64,000 bases of DNA from Armatimonadota bacterium (GCA_041690135.1 JAWLHY010000012.1:192001-256000), one strand, 5' to 3'. Positions 8,682 to 18,192 are shown, numbered from the stretch's first letter. A program made the numbers and translations. The notes: generated by a model not told the origin, from the letters alone.

Positions 8682-9359
8682 ATGATCTATGAGGACCTGG
8701 TAGTGGCGCTGCGGGAGCGGGTGGGGCGGCCGTCGATCGATGAGGTGAACGATCGACGGCTGTTGTCTTTTCTGAACAGCGCCCTGGAATGGCTGGCGGG
8801 GGAGTTGCAGTACAACCCGAGCGTCGGCACAACAACCATTACTGCCACCCCGTACGACGGTGAGCTGGGACCGGGCGTGGCCGAGGTGTGGTGGGTGAAG
8901 CACGGGACCCGGACCCTGGAGCCGGCGAGCCTGGCGTTGTGGGTACGGGACGGCATCGACTGGATGAACGGTACGGCGGGGCAGCCGGAACAATACGCCT
9001 TCGAGGCGGGGACGCTTTACCTCTTTCCCAGGCCGTCCACCAACCTCACGCTGACCTATGGTTACCTTCCCGCCGCGCCGGAGATTGCGACGGATAGCAG
9101 CGAGGCGCCCGGTGCGAGCACCGCTACGCCGCTGCTTTCCAACGCCAACCAGGGACTACTGGTGTGGAAGGCGGCCGAGGAGTATTTCTCCGCCACGATC
9201 ACTCCGGAGAACATGGGGCAGCGAAACCTGCAGATCCAGGCATGTGTGAAGCAGGTGGCCGACCGGCTGGACAACGCGAAGCGACAGGTGAAGCACGGGG
9301 CGCGGTCCAGCGGGCCGCGGCCTTCGGTGTTCTCCCGGCATGGCGGCGCGGCGCGATGA
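8682..9359 (+). CDS. Second head-tail adaptor paralogue
   Basis: GGAGGGAG RBS; MIYEDL...FLNSAL...GQPEQY...LYLFPRP...LLVWKAA adaptor pattern. Confidence 0.75.
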   Translation: MIYEDLVVALRERVGRPSIDEVNDRRLLSFLNSALEWLAGELQYNPSVGTTTITATPYDGELGPGVAEVWWVKHGTRTLEPASLALWVRDGIDWMNGTAGQPEQYAFEAGTLYLFPRPSTNLTLTYGYLPAAPEIATDSSEAPGASTATPLLSNANQGLLVWKAAEEYFSATITPENMGQRNLQIQACVKQVADRLDNAKRQVKHGARSSGPRPSVFSRHGGAAR

Positions 9360-9493
9360 AGGCAGTGGGCAGTGGGCAGTGGGCAGTGGGCAGTGATGCA
9401 GTGGCAGAGCGAGGTGGCTTGGTGAGGTAACCGGACAGTCGTGAACGTGGGGTTCGAGTTACGCAAAACACAATACGCATTACGGAGGGATAG

Positions 9494-10030
9494 ATGGCGA
9501 CACGGAAGGTCTTTGAATACGCATTCGACACCGGGGATCTGGTAGGCGCGGACGGGGGCACGGCCAGCGTGGAACTGGACGCGGTGGACCTTTCCCGGTT
9601 CGATGAACTGGAACTGGAGATCGTGGTGGACACGGCGGCGACGGAGGCCGGGGACACGCTGAACGTTTATCTGCAGTCGCGCGGGCCGGCGGGGGTCTGG
9701 GACGACCGGATTGCCACCGCGCAGTTCACCGGCGACCAGGCGGACGCGGAGGTGCGGAAGTATGCCGTCCAGCAGTTCGGCACGTTTTCCGACACGGAAG
9801 AGGCGAGCGAACCACAGGGCAGCGCGGGGGGCTCGCACCTGACCGCCGGCGGCGTGAAGAACGGTCCCTTTCCCGGTCCCTACCGGAACAAGGGGGTGGG
9901 GACGGAGACGGCGTGGCGGCTGCAGTTCGTGGTGGCGAACAGCAGCACGGAGAATGCCGCGTTTGCGGGCGCGGTTTACCTCAGTGGGAACAGCGGCGAC
10001 CTGGGATGCATTCCCCGGGGGTGCGGGTAG
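9494..10030 (+). CDS. Beta-sandwich virion structural protein
   Basis: GGAGG RBS; acidic alternating beta pattern (TLNVYLQ, WRLQFVV); phage context. Confidence 0.7.
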   Translation: MATRKVFEYAFDTGDLVGADGGTASVELDAVDLSRFDELELEIVVDTAATEAGDTLNVYLQSRGPAGVWDDRIATAQFTGDQADAEVRKYAVQQFGTFSDTEEASEPQGSAGGSHLTAGGVKNGPFPGPYRNKGVGTETAWRLQFVVANSSTENAAFAGAVYLSGNSGDLGCIPRGCG

Positions 10031-10348
10031 CCGGCTGGCGGAGTTACCGTGGTGAAGGGCCGCCTAAATTGGCCGTAACCAACAAAGCGGATTGTCGTCT
10101 CGTATTCCAAGCGGGAGAGCCCCTGGTCTCGCGAGGAGAAGACGGCAATGAAGCAGATTCCCATGTACAGCCTGCTGGTGGCGGTGGGCTACCTGGCCCT
10201 GACGTGGCCGCGGTCGCCGGCCCCACCGCCCCAGCCCGCGGCTCAGACGTTCCAGCCGGGGCCGCGGGGGAGCGGGCCGACGGAGGCCGACCGGAAGGCG
10301 GCGGCGTACTGGCGGAAGCATCCACCGAGACGGAAAGGGGTTAAGACA

Positions 10349-11056
10349 ATGGCGACAGGGATTGCAGAGCTAGCGCAGGCCGAGAGCTCGATAGTTGGAA
10401 CTACATTGACCGCAACCGTGCCGACCGGTGGGGTGGCACAAAACTCTCGGGTGGTCGTGTGTTTTGGAATGCCCGCTACCGACGGTGTAGTCTCCTGTGC
10501 CGACGACGGGAACAACACATATGCGGTGGATGCCGATGTAACCAACGCATCCGGCTATCGGGGCGTGATGTTGTCAGCCCCAGTCACCACATTTCTTGCT
10601 CCGGGAGACAGTATTACGATTACCTGTCCCAGTGTCAGTGACCGGGCTGGAACGCTGTTTGTCATTACGGGCCTTGATGGCGGCGGACAGCGAGATCAGT
10701 TTGCAACGGCAACCGGAAACTCAGATGCCCCTACATCCGGTCCCATCATGCCAACGGCAGCTGAAGAAGCTCTCGTTGCATTCTTCGTTCGCGCGGCAGA
10801 TCCAGCCCTATTCACAGCCGGTACTGGATGGACGCAGGGAGCTGCGGCAATGAGCACTGGCACTACTGTGGACCCCGTGTATCGTGTGGCGCACGCATCC
10901 GGTACTTATACTGCAGATGGTGCGTATGAGGTGAGTGCGTATTGGTCGGCTGCCGTTGCTTCCTACAAAACCGCTGGAGAGGAGCCGGAGCCGCCTATAA
11001 CGCAGGCCTCGGGATATCCGTGGAATGTCGTGCGGCGACGACGGCTGGTCCGGTGA
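10349..11056 (+). CDS. Thr/Ala-rich virion surface protein, paralogue A (optional in-frame hydrophobic extension from 10148)
   Basis: AAAGGGG before ATG 10349; collinear similarity to 11241..11951; both end EPEP...GYPW...RRRR. Confidence 0.75.
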   Translation: MATGIAELAQAESSIVGTTLTATVPTGGVAQNSRVVVCFGMPATDGVVSCADDGNNTYAVDADVTNASGYRGVMLSAPVTTFLAPGDSITITCPSVSDRAGTLFVITGLDGGGQRDQFATATGNSDAPTSGPIMPTAAEEALVAFFVRAADPALFTAGTGWTQGAAAMSTGTTVDPVYRVAHASGTYTADGAYEVSAYWSAAVASYKTAGEEPEPPITQASGYPWNVVRRRRLVR

Positions 11057-11125
11057 ACTGCTTGGGGCGCCTGCAGGAAACAGATCCGAAGAGCCGGGGT
11101 TGCCGCCGGCACACAGAAAGTGAAT

Positions 11126-11153
11126 GCCACCCGCCAGGGTGGCTTTCTTATTT
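11126..11153 (+). terminator. Intrinsic terminator
   Basis: GCCACCC-gcca-GGGTGGC followed by TTTCTTATTT. Confidence 0.75.
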
Positions 11154-11240
11154 GTGGGGGTGCGATGAATTCCGAACCACCGGAAGGCGCCGGTGTACCG
11201 GAGAAAGCGTCCTTGAGCGACGCGGGAGAGGAGTGGGCAG

Positions 11241-11951
11241 GTGGCAGTGGCTATTGACGATCTGGCGACCGCGGCCTCCGAGGCGACCGGCACCAGCCTT
11301 ACGGCGACGGTGCCGGCCGGGGGCGTGGCATCGGGCGCGCGGGTGGTGGTGTGCTTTGCCATGACGGGTGAGGGCGGCACGGTCTCGTGTGCGGACGGCC
11401 GGGGCAATCCCTACAGCGTGGATGAGGAGGTGACGAACAACACCACCGTCCGCACGGTCGTCCTGTCGGCTCCGGTCGCCACCGCCCTGCAGCCGGGGGA
11501 CGCCATTACAGTGACCCATCCCGAGGTGGCGCGTCGCTGCATGACGGCGCTGGTCCTCACCGGGCTCGTCGATGGCGGGGATCCAGACCAGACCCAGAGC
11601 GCGGAGTTCACCAGCGAAGCCCCTTCGGCGGGTAGTCTTACGGTTAGCACAGCCCCCGCGGCCCTGGTGACCGCCGTGAGCGTAGGTACGGGCGGGATTC
11701 TGCCCTTCTTCACCCCGGGGAACGGCTGGTCGGCCGGTGATGCCGACCAGGCCACCGTAGTGGCGATCTATGCCCAGCACCGGGTCGCGGCGACCGCGGG
11801 CACTTACACCGGCGAGGGCACCCTGTCGGACACCGCCGACTGGGCCGCCGTGTTCGTTTCCTACCAGAATGTGGAAGATCCGGAGCCCGAACCGGCCGTC
11901 CCCGCCGGCTATCCCTGGCCCATTCACCGTCGTCGTCGCGGCTGGCAGTGA
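11241..11951 (+). CDS. Thr/Ala-rich virion surface protein, paralogue B
   Basis: GAGGAG RBS, GTG start; LTATVPAGGVA...RVVVCF...SCADG.GN.Y shared with paralogue A. Confidence 0.8.
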   Translation: MAVAIDDLATAASEATGTSLTATVPAGGVASGARVVVCFAMTGEGGTVSCADGRGNPYSVDEEVTNNTTVRTVVLSAPVATALQPGDAITVTHPEVARRCMTALVLTGLVDGGDPDQTQSAEFTSEAPSAGSLTVSTAPAALVTAVSVGTGGILPFFTPGNGWSAGDADQATVVAIYAQHRVAATAGTYTGEGTLSDTADWAAVFVSYQNVEDPEPEPAVPAGYPWPIHRRRRGWQ

Positions 11952-11971
11952 GCCGCAGAATCCATTTTTCT

Positions 11972-12000
11972 GGCCGCCCCAAAGGGCGGCCTTTTGTTTT
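11972..12000 (+). terminator. Intrinsic terminator
   Basis: GGCCGCCC-caaa-GGGCGGCC followed by TTTTGTTTT. Confidence 0.8.
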
Positions 12001-12035
12001 GGTTGCCTATTTGGTCCTGGGAAGGAGCATCGCAG

Positions 12036-14936
12036 ATGCCAGGAGATCTTCCGGATATCGTGATTCCCCCACCCGCGCGGGGACTGCTGGAGGGATTGGA
12101 CCCCGCGCTGGAGGGCTACCCTCTCGAGGCCGCTCCGGACCTGGAGAATATCCGGGTGGAGAGCGGACTGTGGGAGTGTCGCCTCGGAATGGTGTTGTCC
12201 ATCGCGGCCGCCGGCTCCGGGCCGGGACGGTTTCTCACCACCCACTACACGAACGACGGTAGTCGCTATCGCCTCATGGCGCGGGGGAGCGGCGAGGCGG
12301 CGGTCCTCTACAAGCTGCTGGCGGACACGGACAGCAGCTGGCAGGAGGTGACCGGCGGCACGGGTTTGGGAAACGCCGGCGGGGAGACGTTCCAGGGGGT
12401 GAGCCTGGGCGGACGGTTCTACCTGACGGACCGCCAGAACGCACTCAAGAGCTGGGACCCGAGCGACAACACCCTATCCCCGGTTTCGCAGCCGGTGGCT
12501 CCGGTCCAGGGTCCGCGCGTGATCCCGCGCACCTATGCGCTGCTGGATGGGTTCTCCGGCTCGGCGCCTTACGGGTGGGTGGAGAGTGACGGCACCAACT
12601 TCGATCTCACCACGTACGCCGACTCGGACTTGCCGGCGGCGGGCTCCTACGGCACGAGCACCGTGCGCCGGCTGCTGGCGAAGGGCGGCGCGCTGAACGA
12701 CACGGTCACGAAGAACCGTCCGGAGTTCCCCGTGCCGTCGCAAGCCATTGCCTTCTGGATGGAGCAGTCCATCCGGGGGCGGCTGGTGGTGCTGGAATAC
12801 GGGATTACCGCGGCGGCCCAGTTCAGCGTTACCCTCAACCCGGAGGAGAAGGACATCACCTATCCGGTGTTTGTTCCGCTGGGGTCGATCGGGACGCTCT
12901 CCTACCTCCGGTTCCGCGCGCTGCGCAACCCGGATGCCAGCCGCAGCACGATCTTCGGTCCTCTTATCCTGCCCGGTAACCTCCAGGGACAGTACCGGTG
13001 GGTCTACACGCACTACGATCCTGCTTCGGGTGAGGAAAGCGCGCCTTCTCCGTTCAGTAATGATGGGGAGTTCTCGAATTTCTCCTCGGTCGGTATCTCC
13101 TATGACGAGAGCACGGCGGTGGGCGAGGGGTCCGCGTTGTATAAGAGCGCGGCCGTGATCCCGGAGAGTGACAGCGACACGGACAGCGCCAGCACCCGCA
13201 TCCGTCTCTACCGGCAGGGCGGCGTCGCGGAGTTGACCAAGAGCGCTTCGGGGCAGGACATCCTCACTCGGATCGGGGAGATCCCGGATGTGGTGACGAC
13301 AGTGAGCACTACGGCCAGCGCTGGCGCGCGGGAAGTGGTGCTGGCAACCGTGGGAAACGCTGGCGGCGACTTCGCAGATGGTGACGGACTATTGCTCGAC
13401 GGCGGGGTAGACGGTAAGGAAGAAGTTGCACGCATCGCCCACTATCGATTGTGGGATCTGACTGCCAGCGCCGCGAGAACTCTGACGAGCGCCACTCGGC
13501 CGTTTACCGCGGCCGATGTGGGCGGTGAGATCGTGATTTCCGGCCAGGCCTCCGGCTCCACCGGGCTGACGCCGGGCACCTACACGATTCAGTCGGTGGC
13601 TTCGAACGTGGCGACATTGACCGCGGACGTGGCTACCAGCACTCCGGCGCAGAATGGGTACGGCTACCTGAATGCCGTCAACAGCGGTACCCGGCGGGTT
13701 TGCCTGGCGGACGGTCTCAGCTACACCCACACGGCGGGGGCATCCGTCCAGGCATGCTTTCTCGACAACGTGGCCGATGCCGCGGTCGACGCCTCCCACA
13801 CGCTGGAGGGCGAGCGCGACGGCCCGCCCTCCGGGGTGCACTGCGTCGACCGCGCTCCCGACGGCCGCCTGTGGTTGTTCGGCTGGCCGCAACGCCCGCT
13901 CGGTATCGCGGTTTCCAACAAGCCGACGCCGGAGCGGGCCCGTGACTTCGAGGTGTTTCCGGACGGCGTGGACCCGTTCACCCGCCGCAGCCTCACGCAG
14001 GGGTTCCGCTTTGATCTCTCGGGAGACGCGAGCGGGGATGCCGTCGTGTGGGGCGGCTTCTTCCGACAGAACGCCACCGTGCTCACGCGCAAGGGCCTCT
14101 GGCAGGTGTACGCGGCGGGGCAGAGCGACTGGGGTCCCACCTCCGTGGTGAAGGTGGTGGAGGTGGGCTGCATCGCCGGGGATACGGTCCGCATCGTGAA
14201 CGACACTCTCTACTGGGTGGCGCCCGGCCCGCGCGTGATGCGCTGGGACGGCAACCCGGCGGCGGAACCCCAGGACGTAAGCTTCCGGCGCGTGAACGCG
14301 ACCCTGGCCGACGCGCCGGCAGCCTACTGGTCGAAGTGGTGGGCGCAGGCCCACGCGGACAAGCGCGGCGCCTACTACCGGCTGTGGATCGTGCCGAACG
14401 GCGGGACCACGCCGACGAAGCGCCTGGACTACAACCTGGTGCAAGATGCCTGGGAGCCGGTGGTCTACTACGACAGTGGCGGGACGGCCCTCCCCTTCGC
14501 CTGCGGCACCGTCCTGGACGTGTCCAGCGACACCGGCGAACTGCTGGCCCTGCACGCGACCAGTGGCATCACGTTCCAGCAGGAGACGGGAACCACGGAT
14601 GCGGGACCCGCGATCCGGGTTCGGGCGCAGACGAAGAAGATCGGGCTGGGCGGGGCCGTTTCGCTGGTAAAGGCGTTCTGGCTGCGGCTGGCGGCGGCCA
14701 CGGATAGTCTCTCCGTGAGCATCACGACCGGCGGCTCGCAATACGGCGATGTGACAAACGCTCACGCGGGTCTCTCCGTGTCCGGCTCCGGTGACCGGGA
14801 AGTGAAGCAGCGCGTGGCCTTCAACCAGAAGGGCCGCTGGGTCCAGTTCACGCTCACCGGCGCCTTGTCGGACCGGGCAAGCCTGCGGGAGCTGGGGGTG
14901 TGGTTCTCCCGGATCCGGAGCGGCCGTCTGGAGTGA
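12036..14936 (+). CDS. Tail nozzle / DNA-stabilisation protein (P22 gp10 / T7 gp12-like role) with inserted domains
   Basis: AAGGAG RBS; ENIRV...RLG start, propeller-type GCIA...LYW, Y.W.YT...GEESAPS, C-terminal GRWVQF; position after the adaptors. Confidence 0.75.
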   Translation: MPGDLPDIVIPPPARGLLEGLDPALEGYPLEAAPDLENIRVESGLWECRLGMVLSIAAAGSGPGRFLTTHYTNDGSRYRLMARGSGEAAVLYKLLADTDSSWQEVTGGTGLGNAGGETFQGVSLGGRFYLTDRQNALKSWDPSDNTLSPVSQPVAPVQGPRVIPRTYALLDGFSGSAPYGWVESDGTNFDLTTYADSDLPAAGSYGTSTVRRLLAKGGALNDTVTKNRPEFPVPSQAIAFWMEQSIRGRLVVLEYGITAAAQFSVTLNPEEKDITYPVFVPLGSIGTLSYLRFRALRNPDASRSTIFGPLILPGNLQGQYRWVYTHYDPASGEESAPSPFSNDGEFSNFSSVGISYDESTAVGEGSALYKSAAVIPESDSDTDSASTRIRLYRQGGVAELTKSASGQDILTRIGEIPDVVTTVSTTASAGAREVVLATVGNAGGDFADGDGLLLDGGVDGKEEVARIAHYRLWDLTASAARTLTSATRPFTAADVGGEIVISGQASGSTGLTPGTYTIQSVASNVATLTADVATSTPAQNGYGYLNAVNSGTRRVCLADGLSYTHTAGASVQACFLDNVADAAVDASHTLEGERDGPPSGVHCVDRAPDGRLWLFGWPQRPLGIAVSNKPTPERARDFEVFPDGVDPFTRRSLTQGFRFDLSGDASGDAVVWGGFFRQNATVLTRKGLWQVYAAGQSDWGPTSVVKVVEVGCIAGDTVRIVNDTLYWVAPGPRVMRWDGNPAAEPQDVSFRRVNATLADAPAAYWSKWWAQAHADKRGAYYRLWIVPNGGTTPTKRLDYNLVQDAWEPVVYYDSGGTALPFACGTVLDVSSDTGELLALHATSGITFQQETGTTDAGPAIRVRAQTKKIGLGGAVSLVKAFWLRLAAATDSLSVSITTGGSQYGDVTNAHAGLSVSGSGDREVKQRVAFNQKGRWVQFTLTGALSDRASLRELGVWFSRIRSGRLE

Positions 14937-15040
14937 TCCGGGCTGGATTAACCGCAAAGGCGCGGAGAACCGCAGAGGGCCGCAAAGCGGGATGGAACAG
15001 GATGGCAGGAAGTGCAGGATAGGGAAGTGTTCGTTGGCGG

Positions 15041-15070
15041 AGGTCGCCCGTGGGGGCGGCCTTTTTTGTT
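15041..15070 (+). terminator. Intrinsic terminator enclosed by inverted CAGGAT/ATCCTG host repeats
   Basis: AGGTCGCCC-gtgg-GGGCGGCCT followed by TTTTTGTT; flanked by acaggatggcagga (about 14997) and tcctatccatcctgt (about 15150). Confidence 0.75.
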
Positions 15071-15189
15071 GCCGGGTTCCCGGGCTGCGCGCGTTAGTCC
15101 CACGACTGTTCGTTTCGGGCCACCCGCTTCCCGTCCCTCTTATCCTTCCTATCCTATCCATCCTGTTTTTCACAAAGGAGGTGAAAGCC

Positions 15190-17538
15190 ATGGCGATCGG
15201 CGTGTTTCGGCCGAACCGGGGCAAGCCGCTGGAACAGCGGATCCGGGATATCGAGCAGCACCTGGCACAGCTATCGCTGGACCCGGAAACGGTCCAGCAG
15301 ATCCTGGCCGGCGGCGGGTTCGGCGGTGGCGGGGGTGGCGGGGGCGGCTCATCCATCCGGCTGCCCCTGCCGGAGTCGCAGGTGAAGTGGGACCCGACGA
15401 GCGGGCACATGCACGACGGGACGGACGCGGAAGGGGCGAAGATCAGTCATGCGAACCTCGACCCGGCGACCGTTACGCCCGATCAACACCACGCGCAGGT
15501 CCATGTCCTCGCCTCGACCACGGGGCTCGGCGCGGATCACACGGTAACGGGGCTCACCAGCGGACAGGTGCTGAAGGCGACGGGACCGGATACGGCCCGG
15601 TTCCAGGCGCTGGGTCACCACGAGCTGGATCCGGGTTCCATCACCGCGGATCAGCACCATGCACAGGTCCACGCACTGGCCTCCCCGTCCGGCCTGGGGG
15701 CCGATCACACCGTATCGGGATTAACCGCAAACCAGGTGCTGAAGGCGACCGGGTCCACCACCGCCCGGTTCGAGCTGCTGGGCCACGACGAGCTGGACCC
15801 CGCCTCGATCACCGCGGACCAGCATCACGCGCAACAGCATGTACTGGCCACGACGGCGGGGCTGGGAAGCGACCATACCGTAGCGGGCCTGACGGCAAAC
15901 CAGGTACTGAAAGCGACCGGACCTTCCAGCGCGCGGTTCGAGTTGCTCGGTCACGACGAGTTGGACGCGGCGTCGATCTCCCCCGATCAGCACCACGCGC
16001 AGGTGCACACGCTGGCCTCCACCTCGGGGTTGGGAGCGGACCACACCGTATCGGGCCTGACGGCGAACCAGGTGCTGAAGGCGACCGGTTCGACCACCGC
16101 CCGGTTCGAGCTATTGGGCCATGACGATCTCGATCCGGCCACGATCGGCGAAGACGACCACCACGACCGGGCGCACGTCCTGCTCGGCAATAGCGACCAC
16201 AGCGATACGACCATTGTGGGTGAACCGGCCACCGGAGACCTGATCTACCGGAACGGAGCGTCGTTTTGGACGCGGCTGGGGATCGGCTCGACAGGCAATA
16301 TCCTGCGCGTGGTGAGCGGAGTGCCGGCGTGGGTGGCCCATACCTTTGCCAACCTCCCCGACAGCATCTCGGCCGCACAGCATGGGAATCTGACCAGTAC
16401 GGCGGAAAGCACCGCCGATCACTCCGGCACGCTCTCCGCGAACGCGCGGGTAGCCGTGCGAGTGAACTCGGACGCAGACCCTGGAAAAACTTACCGGCGG
16501 CGCAGGCTCAACTTCATAGAAGGCAGCAATGTCACCATTGACGTTGCCGAGGACGTGGGCGAGGAAGAGATCGACATTACGATTTCCCAGGCCAGCGTAT
16601 CGGCGGCGACCATCATCGTGCAGGAAGGTGACGCCACCGTGGATGCCGCCGCCTCCACCCTGGACTTCGCGGCCGGCGACTTCAACGTGACCAGCAGCCC
16701 CGCCGGGGAAGCAAACATCGCCTGGCACGGGTTCACGGTTCAGGAGAATGACAGCGACGTTGACACCGCCTGCAAGATACTGGACTTCAACGGCAGCGAC
16801 TTCAACGTGACCAGTAGCCCGAGCGGGGAGGCGAACATCGCGTGGCAGGGAATGGCGGTCGAAGCCGGGGATGTCGCCGTGGCCGCCGACGTCAAGACGC
16901 TGGATTTCGGCGCGGGCTTCGACGTTACCGCCTCCGGTGGCGAGGCGGAGATCTCCCTGGACCTCTCCGAAGTGGTGACCGGCGACGTGTCGTTCTCCGG
17001 AAATGCGGCGACCGTGGACCGGCTGAAGGGCAAAACGCTCCCCACCCCCGCCTCCGGCGACGACGGCAAAGTCCTGCGTTACGACCACGCCAACGGGGAG
17101 TTCGACTTCGTAACGCTGAACCCCGTGGCCACCAGCGGCGCACCGGTCTTCGTGGGGGCATGGGCTCACGCCGGGATCAACGCCTTTTCGGCGGGCTCGC
17201 CCGCCGGGCCGATCCCCTGCGCTCTCAACCCCGGCAATGCCAACCCGATTGTCCAGCGCCTGCGGACCGGGTATGCCGGACACCTGACGAAGGTGGTCCT
17301 CGATATCGGCGGCGACCTCGGTGGGGGCGCCACCAGCCTGACGGCCACGGTCTACGTTAACGACATCGCCGCCGGACTGACCGCGACGATCACGGGCGGT
17401 GCGGGCACAGAAGATTATGCCCTCGGGACCGGCAGCGTGGCCGTGAGTGAAACGGACAACGTTTCGATCTACCTGACCCGCACCGGCGGCACCAACAACC
17501 GCCACGCCGTGGTGCGGGTGTATATGACGCCGAGTTAG
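15190..17538 (+). CDS. Tail fibre / receptor-binding protein with His-rich 56-aa repeats and 40-aa beta repeats
   Basis: AAGGAGGT RBS; N-terminal coiled coil, poly-Gly hinge, GDLIYRNG...W..L fibre motif, C-terminal jelly-roll-like domain. Confidence 0.8.
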   Translation: MAIGVFRPNRGKPLEQRIRDIEQHLAQLSLDPETVQQILAGGGFGGGGGGGGGSSIRLPLPESQVKWDPTSGHMHDGTDAEGAKISHANLDPATVTPDQHHAQVHVLASTTGLGADHTVTGLTSGQVLKATGPDTARFQALGHHELDPGSITADQHHAQVHALASPSGLGADHTVSGLTANQVLKATGSTTARFELLGHDELDPASITADQHHAQQHVLATTAGLGSDHTVAGLTANQVLKATGPSSARFELLGHDELDAASISPDQHHAQVHTLASTSGLGADHTVSGLTANQVLKATGSTTARFELLGHDDLDPATIGEDDHHDRAHVLLGNSDHSDTTIVGEPATGDLIYRNGASFWTRLGIGSTGNILRVVSGVPAWVAHTFANLPDSISAAQHGNLTSTAESTADHSGTLSANARVAVRVNSDADPGKTYRRRRLNFIEGSNVTIDVAEDVGEEEIDITISQASVSAATIIVQEGDATVDAAASTLDFAAGDFNVTSSPAGEANIAWHGFTVQENDSDVDTACKILDFNGSDFNVTSSPSGEANIAWQGMAVEAGDVAVAADVKTLDFGAGFDVTASGGEAEISLDLSEVVTGDVSFSGNAATVDRLKGKTLPTPASGDDGKVLRYDHANGEFDFVTLNPVATSGAPVFVGAWAHAGINAFSAGSPAGPIPCALNPGNANPIVQRLRTGYAGHLTKVVLDIGGDLGGGATSLTATVYVNDIAAGLTATITGGAGTEDYALGTGSVAVSETDNVSIYLTRTGGTNNRHAVVRVYMTPS
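15448..16180 (+). repeat. Four full plus one partial 168-bp (56-aa) coding tandem repeats
   Basis: DQHHAQ codons at 15481, 15649, 15817, 15985 and DDHH at 16153, exactly 168 nt apart. Confidence 0.95.
16609..16965 (+). repeat. Three roughly 120-bp (40-aa) coding repeats
   Basis: LDF..GDFNVTSSP.GEANIAW; ttcaacgtgaccag at 16681 and 16801. Confidence 0.85.
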
Positions 17539-17559
17539 CACGCGACCAAGGAGGAGAAG

Positions 17560-18192
17560 ATGGATCCAGGGACTATGAGCTTGATCGCCGGGGTGTTGGG
17601 CGGTCTGATGGGCGGTGGGGGCGGCTTTACCGTGCCCGGCGGCGTCCGCGCCGATGCCCGGGTGCTGCGCCGTGAGGGGCGCGACCTGATCGCGCAGAGC
17701 AAGACGCCGGTGGGGAGCCTGCCGCAGGAGCAGGCAATGCTGGCGAGCATGAACGCGCTGATGGGGCAGCAGTTCGGCCAGCAGCGGGCGGCGTTGGGGG
17801 CCCTCACCAGCCCCTACGGCGCCGGGGCGGCGTTCACCCCGGATATGATGGCGAACCTGCTGCAGGGGTTCCTGGCGCAGCAGCAGGCGGGAAAGCAACA
17901 GGCGTTCCAGGGTTTCCTGGGGGACCGCCGCGGGATGCAGGCGCAGGGGCTCGACTTCCTGCGGCAGGCGAGCGGGATGATCACCGGGGCCATGCAGCCC
18001 CAGCAGCCGAGCAGCAGCGGGGCCAACTTCGCGCAGTTCCTCGGGCAGTACGCCCAGAACCAGGCCTACCTGAACGCGCTCAAGCGGATGGGGCAACAGA
18101 ACCCGCCGCCCGGTGGCGGTACGGGAGGGGGGACGGGCACGAACACGAATGATCCTGCTGGCGAAATGACAGCGGGGGGAGGTAACCTATGA
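17560..18192 (+). CDS. Gly/Gln-rich ejection (pilot) protein
   Basis: GGAGGAG RBS; MDP...LIAGVLGGLMGGGG N-terminus typical of podovirus internal ejection proteins. Confidence 0.7.
   Translation: MDPGTMSLIAGVLGGLMGGGGGFTVPGGVRADARVLRREGRDLIAQSKTPVGSLPQEQAMLASMNALMGQQFGQQRAALGALTSPYGAGAAFTPDMMANLLQGFLAQQQAGKQQAFQGFLGDRRGMQAQGLDFLRQASGMITGAMQPQQPSSSGANFAQFLGQYAQNQAYLNALKRMGQQNPPPGGGTGGGTGTNTNDPAGEMTAGGGNL

Noticed and set aside
14992-15189. Upstream extensions given by the ORF track (also 8496, 11994, 36658, 57973, 59324)
   Set aside because: They run through repeats, terminators or non-homologous sequence; downstream starts fit RBS position or family N-termini better
15448-17538. Diversity-generating retroelement acting on the fibre
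   Set aside because: No reverse transcriptase in the window; repeat differences are mostly synonymous rather than adenine-specific; no template repeat seen
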